A DNA stretch of 16,025 nt from Polyangiaceae bacterium (lineage in GTDB: Bacteria > Myxococcota_A > Polyangia > Polyangiales > Polyangiaceae), in assembly GCA_044222475.1 (NCBI GenBank), contig JBGANF010000161.1, forward strand, positions 1 through 16,025. Reading direction: 5' to 3'. This document shows, in pieces, positions 7,871 to 16,025 of the stretch (within the stretch, counting starts at the first letter, position 1; every line of letters begins with the position of its first letter). Below the pieces are notes generated by a model. It was given only the letters and a program-made list of their open reading frames with translations, had not been told where the DNA came from and did no database searches. A program made the position numbers and the translations under genes.

Positions 7871-9531
7871 TGACGCGCCATCGGAGCACGCTCGCCGTCG
7901 CCTTCGTATCGTTGCTCGCCACGTGCGCCGCGTTGGCCGAGGGCTGCCAAGACGCCACCCAGATCGTGGTGAAGGTCTCGACGAACCTCGGCTGCACGGG
8001 CACCGCGCCGTCGTTCGAGGGCGGCCACCTCGCGGTCTATCGGGACGCGCAAGCCGTCGACGGATCGGAGGCCACGCTCACCAAGGACCTGTGCAAGAGC
8101 GGCGGTGAGATCGGAACCCTCACGGTCGTTCCCGGAGCATCCGGAGACGGCGCAACCGTACGCGTGCGCGCCGCCGCGTGGCTCGGAGCCAGCGTCAAGG
8201 ACGCCAAGGCGAAGAACGCGCGCGAGTGCTTCGACATGCCGGGCGCGCCCGACTGCGTCGTGTCCACGCGCAGCCTGAAGTTCATCGCGCACCGGTCACT
8301 CACGATCCCGATCTTCCTCGACAGCGCGTGCGCCGGCGTGACCTGCCCGGAGAAGAAGACGTGTGGACCAGGCGGAGTGTGCATCGGCGAGGCGATCGAA
8401 GAGGATGCCGGTGCTCCCGACGCGGAGACGGATGCGGCACCCGTGCCGATGGTGGCGCGGAAGATCTGGGCTGGTGGCAACGGGGCGTGCGCTTTGCTCG
8501 ACGACGGCAAGACGATCGCCTGCTGGGGTGACTCGAGCAAGGGTCAGCTCGGCACGACCAAGCCGATCGCCCCGACGGTCGTCGCGAAGCTCGAGGGCGC
8601 AACCGACGTCGGTTTGGGGACCAAACACCTCTGCGCGATGGTCCCCGGGCTCAACGCCACGTCCGAGATCCGCTGCTTCGGTGACAACGTGGAGCTGCAG
8701 CTCGGCGTCAACGGAACCGCCACCGAGAGCCAGGTGCCTCGTCTTGGTTTGAACAAGTGGACCGGGCCGCTCGCCGCAGGCGCCAACCACGCCTGCGCGG
8801 TCCAGCGCGTGAACAAGTCGTTGCTGCCGGACCCGGTCGTCTGCTGGGGCCGAGCCCAGGAAGGGCAAGTCGACGGCCTCACCGAGACGACGTCCAAGCT
8901 GCCGACCGCGAACCCGATGGACATGCAACCGCAGCAAGTCGTCGGCGGTGACGAGTTCACGTGCACGCTCACCGATCCGCAGTGCGGTATCCAGCAGTGC
9001 GACTCCATCGTGTGCTGGGGGAGCAACGCGAACGGCCAGATCGCGCAACCCTTGAAGGGCCCGGTGTTCTTGCCTCCGATCCGGCTCGACAGCCCGCTCC
9101 TCGTCGACGCGGTCGCGCTCGCTGCGGGAACTCGGCACATGGTCGCGATCACGCAGAAGCCGAACAACGGGCCGAGGGTCGTCGTCGGTTGGGGAGATGG
9201 CGCGAAGGGTCAGTTGGGCGCCGGCTCCAAATCGCCGCTCACACCGACGCCTGTCGTCATCGCGGAGCTCGACGGCGCCGACGCGATCGTCGCCGGCGAC
9301 AGCCATACCTGTGCGATCCAGAAAAACGCCGTGGTCTGCCTCGGCTCGCTCGGCTCGAGGAAGCTCTCGGCCATCGCCGACGACGGCGGAGCGGTCGCCA
9401 TCGCCAGCGGACGAAACCACGTGTGCGCGCTCACCAAGAACAACCACGTGTTCTGCTGGGGCGACGGGAGCCTCATGCAGCTCGGCGGCGCGAGCGGCCC
9501 AGACATCGCTCAAATGTACGCCCCGAGGTAG
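7870..9531 (+). CDS. Lipoprotein with Cys-rich N-terminal module and 7 RCC1/BLIP-II-like repeats (paralog 3, more divergent)
   Basis: ATG 7870 overlaps the previous stop (TGATG). AEG-C (Cys26), then ATQIVVKVST, RSLKFIAH and CAGVTC. Seven CWG/CFG-type blades. Confidence 0.85.
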   Translation: MTRHRSTLAVAFVSLLATCAALAEGCQDATQIVVKVSTNLGCTGTAPSFEGGHLAVYRDAQAVDGSEATLTKDLCKSGGEIGTLTVVPGASGDGATVRVRAAAWLGASVKDAKAKNARECFDMPGAPDCVVSTRSLKFIAHRSLTIPIFLDSACAGVTCPEKKTCGPGGVCIGEAIEEDAGAPDAETDAAPVPMVARKIWAGGNGACALLDDGKTIACWGDSSKGQLGTTKPIAPTVVAKLEGATDVGLGTKHLCAMVPGLNATSEIRCFGDNVELQLGVNGTATESQVPRLGLNKWTGPLAAGANHACAVQRVNKSLLPDPVVCWGRAQEGQVDGLTETTSKLPTANPMDMQPQQVVGGDEFTCTLTDPQCGIQQCDSIVCWGSNANGQIAQPLKGPVFLPPIRLDSPLLVDAVALAAGTRHMVAITQKPNNGPRVVVGWGDGAKGQLGAGSKSPLTPTPVVIAELDGADAIVAGDSHTCAIQKNAVVCLGSLGSRKLSAIADDGGAVAIASGRNHVCALTKNNHVFCWGDGSLMQLGGASGPDIAQMYAPR

Positions 9532-9580
9532 GACATCTTCCTACTCGACCGGGTGGGGATGAGGGCAGGCGCTTTGGCGT

Positions 9581-11593
9581 ATGCTCCGAGACCTCATGGC
9601 TGCTCGCCTCATCGACTTCAACAAGATGCCGCGCACGTCGCGGGAACGCTTCATCGGGTGCCTGAACGGACAGATTGGGCCCCGCCCGATCTTCGCCGAC
9701 GCAGGCGGTACGGGGGCGATCATCGGTTGGATCCTCCTCGCACTGATGTCGATCGGTGGCGCCCTGTTCGTCCTCACGGTGGAGTTCGGGAGCACCTGGT
9801 CGGTGAAGCAGGGACCGGCCTGGCTCATCCTCTACGGCGCAGCCTTCTTCCTCTTGATGCTCGCGGTGGTCGGGTTCATCCGCCGCATCAAGATGAACAG
9901 CGCGCTCCCGTTCAAGGCGGGCACCTACGTCTTCCCGCTCGACGTCGTCGTCGCGACCTCGAAAGACCTTCAGATCATCCCGATGGCGGACCTCACGAGC
10001 GTCCAGCCCGTGCACCACTACCGCAACGGGATGTACACGCACACCGCGTTCCACTTCCACTTCGCGGGCGGTCGCGCGTTCTCGTTCACGAGCGGGAACA
10101 AGGCCTACGCCGAGAGCCAACTCGGGATGCTCCGCCAGAGCCAGCAGCAGCTCGACGACGCGATCGCGCGCAAGGACATGTACGCGCTGGCCGCGCTCGA
10201 CCCGTTCTTCGAGCTCCGCATGAACAGCTGGGCCGAGGTGCCCCAGCAGCCCGACAACCTGTTCGCCGGCGAGATCCCGGCCTGGATGACCAAGGGCTGG
10301 GCGTTCGGCCTCGCGTTCATGGTGCTGGCCGCGCCGGTGTGGTTCGTCCGCAACATGCTGAGCGACGAGGCAGCCTTCAAGGAGCTCAAGCGGCGCACCG
10401 AGACCGAGCTCGCGAAGCCACCGCCTTCGACCGCGTCCACGTCGAGCTACTCGTCGTCGGGCTACTCGCCCTACTACTACGGCTCGATCGACACGTTCGA
10501 GTGGGAGAACTACATCGACAAGGGCGGCCGCCACTCGGACGAGGTCAAGAACGTCTGGCTCGCGAAGCTCGAGCTCGCGAAGGCGAAGCAGCAGGGCACC
10601 CCCGAGGCGATTCAGACCTTCCTCTCCAAGTACCCTGGCTCGACCGTCGAAGCCGAGGCCCAACAGGCGTACAAAGACGCACTCCACGATCAGTTCACGA
10701 AGGCTAAGGACCTGAAGACGGTCGCCGCGCTCCGTGACTTCATGACGAAGTACCCGAGCGCCGACGACGTGCCCCAGGCGAAGAAGGAGATTCACGCCCT
10801 CTTCGATCACACCCTCGCCGACTTCCGGCCGAAGGCGAACAAGAAGGACCCGACCGTCATCCCGTTCGTCGAGAGCCTCGTCCAGTACGAAGAGACGAAC
10901 AACTCTCCGGCGGTCGAGGTGCGTTTCCGCCGCCGGTCCGGGGCTTCGCTCGCGGCGGCCGATCGGATCCTCGCCGCCGACGGTGACGTCGCCGCTGCTT
11001 CGAGCAACTTCGACGCGGAGAGCATGGCGAGCCGCGAAGAGACCATGGTGAAGGCGCTTCAGGGCGCGTTCTCCTCCGTCTTCCCGGCCGACGTCCTTCC
11101 GCTCAAGCTGGGCGACCCCCTCCCCGAGAAGGACAAGACGCTCCCCGAGGCCAAGCGCCCCACCATCTTCGTCGACTACGAAGTGGCCTGGTCGGGAGAC
11201 ACCTACGTCAACAAGAGCGAGACCCGCCGCTTCGTGGGCATCAAGATCGCGTTCGACACCGTCATGAAGACGCCGAACTACGACAAGAGCCTCGCGTTCA
11301 AGCTGACGGTCCTTCCCCCGGACCGGTTCACCGTCAGCTACGACACCTTCAGCGACCCCCTCTACGGGAGCGCGCTCAAGGACACGAGTGGCCCGGCCGA
11401 CACGCAGGTGTACGACATCATGGCGCTTCGCGCGTTCGACCAGCTCTCGACCAAGCTGTCCGAGGTCTTCTTCCAGGTGGCGCCGAAGGCCGCGGCCGCG
11501 GCGCCCGCCGCGAAGAAGGGCACGACCGGGAGCGGCAGCGGCAGCGGCTCAGGGTACGGCGGCGGGTACGGCGACCCCGACGACACCTACTGA
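9581..11593 (+). CDS. Hypothetical membrane protein (3 predicted TM helices, large C-terminal domain with helical KYP repeats)
   Basis: 670-aa ORF with normal composition and G/C-ending codons. Hydrophobic segments IIGWILLALMSIGGALFVL, WLILYGAAFFLLMLAVVGFI and WAFGLAFMVLAAPVWFV. The start could alternatively be ATG 9596. Confidence 0.85.
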   Translation: MLRDLMAARLIDFNKMPRTSRERFIGCLNGQIGPRPIFADAGGTGAIIGWILLALMSIGGALFVLTVEFGSTWSVKQGPAWLILYGAAFFLLMLAVVGFIRRIKMNSALPFKAGTYVFPLDVVVATSKDLQIIPMADLTSVQPVHHYRNGMYTHTAFHFHFAGGRAFSFTSGNKAYAESQLGMLRQSQQQLDDAIARKDMYALAALDPFFELRMNSWAEVPQQPDNLFAGEIPAWMTKGWAFGLAFMVLAAPVWFVRNMLSDEAAFKELKRRTETELAKPPPSTASTSSYSSSGYSPYYYGSIDTFEWENYIDKGGRHSDEVKNVWLAKLELAKAKQQGTPEAIQTFLSKYPGSTVEAEAQQAYKDALHDQFTKAKDLKTVAALRDFMTKYPSADDVPQAKKEIHALFDHTLADFRPKANKKDPTVIPFVESLVQYEETNNSPAVEVRFRRRSGASLAAADRILAADGDVAAASSNFDAESMASREETMVKALQGAFSSVFPADVLPLKLGDPLPEKDKTLPEAKRPTIFVDYEVAWSGDTYVNKSETRRFVGIKIAFDTVMKTPNYDKSLAFKLTVLPPDRFTVSYDTFSDPLYGSALKDTSGPADTQVYDIMALRAFDQLSTKLSEVFFQVAPKAAAAAPAAKKGTTGSGSGSGSGYGGGYGDPDDTY

Positions 11594-11621
11594 ACAAAAC
11601 CCGGAAAACCGTCGGTCTCCT

Positions 11622-11651
11622 TTGACACCCGGTGATGGGCCAAAGTAGCGT
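11622..11651 (+). promoter_or_regulatory. sigma70-type promoter
   Basis: Exact TTGACA (11622-11627), 18-nt spacer, TAGCGT (11646-11651, matches TAnnnT). A-tracts upstream (11594-11608). Confidence 0.7.
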
Positions 11652-11703
11652 CTCCCGGCTGCTATTCCTGGGCGCGTAGGCGCCACGGGATCGCGCCGCC
11701 GCC

Positions 11704-11708
11704 GGAGG
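11704..11708 (+). promoter_or_regulatory. Shine-Dalgarno sequence
   Basis: GGAGG ending 6 nt before ATG 11715. Confidence 0.8.
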
Positions 11709-11714
11709 GACGTC

Positions 11715-13469
11715 ATGAAGAATCGCAATCGCACGCTCACATCGTTCGCGCTCACCCTGGCCATCGCGGCCGGTGCCGCGTTCGCCACTTCGACCCTGGC
11801 CGGCTGCGCCGACGAGAACGACCCCAAGACCTGGGTGAAGCGCTTGGACGACCCGTCGCAGCGCGCGACCGCCATCGAGCGCCTGGGCAACTTCTACCAG
11901 GACGCGTACTCGAGCCACGGCAAGAAGTCCGACGCGCCGGAGGTCAAAGCCGTCGTCGACGTGATCGTCGAGCCGCTCACGACGACCTACACGAAGGGCG
12001 GCCTCGACGACAAGACGCGCAAGGCCCTCATCAAGACCCTCTCCGACATCCGCGACCCGCGCTCCGGCCCGGCCTTCGCGAAGGTGTTCAACGAGTACGA
12101 GGCGGGCAAGACCGACGACGACGTCGAGCAGGCGTCGTACGCGGTCGCCGGCATCTACAAGGCGGGCGGCAAGGTCGACCAGAGCGTGATCGACGCCCAG
12201 TGGAACTGCTTCACCAAGTTCGCGCCGACGAAGTCGAAGACGGCCGACGGCAAGGGCGCCCACCTCAAGGCGACGACCGCCCTCCACGACGCGATGCTCG
12301 CGGTGAAGGATCCCTCCTGGGGCCCGAAGGCCGTCGACAAGCTCAAGGCGCCGGTCATCCTCGATGACCAGCCGGTCAACGACCAGCTCGACTTCTGGCA
12401 GACCACGTCGGTCCAGATCCTGAAGGAGCTCAAGTACGCTCCGGCGGCGAAGCAGCTCGTCATGGTGCTCATGACGAAGAACAAGCTGAAGATCGCGAAC
12501 AACGCGAAGACCGCGCTCCTCAACATCCCGAAGGAAGCGGTCCCGCAGCTCGCGGCGGGCCTCCTCGGCACCGACCCCGAGCTCACCGCCCTCCAGGCGG
12601 ACTACGGCCCGGACAAGGGCTTCGTGATCCCGCTCGTCGACGTCCTCGCATACACGACGACTCAGGCGGCCAAAGACGCGATCCTCCAGTACATCCCGTC
12701 GCTCGACAGCGACCAGAACCGCATGGCGGTGGCGACGTACCTCACGCAGTTCCCGCCGGACCCGAAGGTGACGGACGCGTTCAAGGGCCTCTACGGCAAG
12801 CTCCCGCCGATCGCGGACAAGGGCGCGGACGACACCGGACGCGAGCGCGCTCAGCTCCTCCAGGTCTCGGGCGAGTTCGGCGATCCCAGCTTGGTACCGT
12901 TCATCATCAAGGAAGCGACCACCGCCAAGGGCGACCTCGTCATCCTCGCGCAGGTCGGCGGCATCCAGGCCGCGACCAAGGTGATGATGCCGGAGCAGGT
13001 CAAGGGCGTCGGCGACGCGCTCACCACGCTCGAGAAGCAGCCGCTCGCCCCCGGCGAGAAGCAGGGCGTGGCCGATCTCCGCGCCGCCTACGATCTCGCG
13101 GCCGGAGTCACGACCAAGTGCACCAAGGACGTGTCCTGCTACCTGAGCGTCCTCGACGAGCCCATCCCGGCGACCGGCGCGGCCGCGAACTGGAAGGCGA
13201 TCAAGGCGGCGGCGATGGCCGGCATGCTCGGCAACGAGGCGACCAAGAAGGCGCTCCTCGACAAGCTCCCGAAGATCACGAACCCCGGCGCGCGCCTCGC
13301 GACGGCGACCGCCATCGATCGCCTCGCCCCCGCGGGTGACGCGGCGACGGCGGCAGCGCTCGAGAAGATCGTCGCCGACGACCAGGCGAAGAACAACCTC
13401 GAAGCTCTCAAGGGCGACGATGCGGTCGTGAAGGTCGGGCTCCGCCTTCGCGCGCGCGCCGGCCAGTGA
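11715..13469 (+). CDS. Lipoprotein, predicted alpha-helical HEAT-like repeat protein
   Basis: Basic N-terminus MKNRNR, hydrophobic core and canonical lipobox LAG-C (Cys31). HEAT/PBS-like segments include [41 protein letters not shown] and [12 protein letters not shown]. Confidence 0.8.
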   Translation: MKNRNRTLTSFALTLAIAAGAAFATSTLAGCADENDPKTWVKRLDDPSQRATAIERLGNFYQDAYSSHGKKSDAPEVKAVVDVIVEPLTTTYTKGGLDDKTRKALIKTLSDIRDPRSGPAFAKVFNEYEAGKTDDDVEQASYAVAGIYKAGGKVDQSVIDAQWNCFTKFAPTKSKTADGKGAHLKATTALHDAMLAVKDPSWGPKAVDKLKAPVILDDQPVNDQLDFWQTTSVQILKELKYAPAAKQLVMVLMTKNKLKIANNAKTALLNIPKEAVPQLAAGLLGTDPELTALQADYGPDKGFVIPLVDVLAYTTTQAAKDAILQYIPSLDSDQNRMAVATYLTQFPPDPKVTDAFKGLYGKLPPIADKGADDTGRERAQLLQVSGEFGDPSLVPFIIKEATTAKGDLVILAQVGGIQAATKVMMPEQVKGVGDALTTLEKQPLAPGEKQGVADLRAAYDLAAGVTTKCTKDVSCYLSVLDEPIPATGAAANWKAIKAAAMAGMLGNEATKKALLDKLPKITNPGARLATATAIDRLAPAGDAATAAALEKIVADDQAKNNLEALKGDDAVVKVGLRLRARAGQ

Positions 13470-13492
13470 CACGCAAGGTCTGATCGAGACGC

Positions 13493-15427
<1,935 letters not shown>

Positions 15428-15458
15428 GGCCTGCTCGAGATCTCCCGTGCACCGCACG

Positions 15459-15592
15459 GAGAGAGTGCACAGGAAGGGCGGAAGAGCGGAAGACTTTGGG
15501 GGAGTGCGCACGCAAGCGCTTCGCCTTGACGCCGGCGTTCCGAAACCCGATCCAAATCCTTCCGGTCTTCCGCCCTTCCTGTTCTCTCTCTC
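15459..15592. repeat. Long inverted repeat (REP/MITE-like; possible bidirectional terminator or 3'-end stabiliser)
   Basis: Arms 15459-15499 and 15552-15592 pair at 36/41 positions. The core 15469-15492 versus 15559-15582 pairs 23/24. The spacer is 52 nt. Lies between convergent genes. Confidence 0.85.
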
Positions 15593-15634
15593 TGGGGCGT
15601 CACGCGGCCGCAGGCTTCATGAGCCGAGGGTACC

Positions 15635-16024
15635 TCACGGGCTCTGATCGTGCGCCCAGGACGCGAGCGCCAGGCCGACGTAGACGAGGAGCACGACCGA
15701 GCGCAAGGCGAGCTCGACCAGGGCCGACACGGTTCCGCGACCGCCGAGCTTGGTGAGCGGCCAGATCATGCGGATGGCGAAGAGGGCGCACCCCACGCCG
15801 AGCAACATCGCGCTCGTCTCGCCCGCCCACGTCTCGCCCACGCTCCCGACGAAGAGCGCCGCGTACGAGAGCAGCGCGACGATCGCGAACACCGCGAGCG
15901 CGCCGCGCCCTAGGCCGAGCTTGTCCGGGACGATGGGCACGGCCTGTCCGCGAGCGCGGATCTCGTAGGGGATCGACTCGACCCAGGCGGGGCGGTTGCG
16001 CAACCAGTCGGGGTGTTGGTGGCC
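15635..16024 (-). CDS. C-terminal part of a multi-pass membrane protein (5' end outside window)
   Basis: The frame stays open to the window edge (GHQHPDWLRNRPAW...), so TTG 16003 is probably internal. Three hydrophobic helices precede the stop at 15635-15637. Confidence 0.7.
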   Translation of the reverse strand, partial: GHQHPDWLRNRPAWVESIPYEIRARGQAVPIVPDKLGLGRGALAVFAIVALLSYAALFVGSVGETWAGETSAMLLGVGCALFAIRMIWPLTKLGGRGTVSALVELALRSVVLLVYVGLALASWAHDQSP

Positions 16025-16025
16025 G

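Noticed and set aside
8771..8800. Blade shuffling: AAGANHACA is blade 3 in paralog 3 but blade 4 in paralog 2
   Set aside because: The peptide is close to the generic repeat consensus, synonymous sites differ, and the blade-4 Cys insert stays in register. Convergence explains it.
4685..9531. Diversity-generating retroelement or recombinase-driven cassette switching for the array
   Set aside because: No reverse transcriptase or recombinase, and no near-identical TR/VR pair. Paralogs differ at many synonymous sites, consistent with older duplication.
9524..9547. Hairpin across the paralog 3 stop (GTAGGA-CATCT-TCCTAC) as an intrinsic terminator
   Set aside because: Short stem that overlaps the stop codon and has no U-tract. 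Too weak to call.
9580..9585. TATGCT as a -10 element for a start at ATG 9596
   Set aside because: Plausible, but there is no recognisable -35 and it overlaps the alternative ATG 9581. It cannot be resolved from sequence alone.
15428..15634. CRISPR array or tRNA in the last intergenic region
   Set aside because: No spaced direct repeats and no cloverleaf or T-loop motif. Only the inverted repeat is supported.
15635..16024. UbiA-prenyltransferase-like C-terminus (IVPDKLG followed by TM helices)
   Set aside because: The Asp-rich motif expected just upstream is absent and the gene is truncated, so it is left as hypothetical.

Overview
High-GC chromosomal window whose gene content points to a myxobacterium, probably Polyangiales/Sorangiineae. 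This is inferred from a MYXO-CTERM-like tail, Cys-rich lipoproteins with Asp-Ala/Gly-Gly linkers and an FHA-type sigma54 activator. Ten genes lie on the + strand: a DUF2330-like exported protein with a MYXO-CTERM-like tail; a GTGA-coupled trio of aldo/keto reductase, CysQ/inositol-monophosphatase-family phosphatase and DAO/sarcosine-oxidase-beta-family FAD oxidoreductase; three tandem paralogous lipoproteins (shared Cys-rich N-terminal module plus 7-blade RCC1/BLIP-II-like propeller); an unknown 3-TM protein with a 40-aa helical repeat; a helical-repeat lipoprotein behind a near-consensus sigma70 promoter; and an FHA-GAF-AAA+-HTH enhancer-binding protein. A 41-bp-arm inverted repeat separates these from a convergent, 5'-truncated membrane protein gene. 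No rRNA, tRNA, CRISPR array, transposase or integrase is visible. The best candidates for something undescribed are the diversified lipoprotein array with its unnamed N-terminal module, the adjacent uncharacterised envelope proteins and regulator, and the REP/MITE-like palindrome. All family calls come from motif recognition by eye, not database searches.
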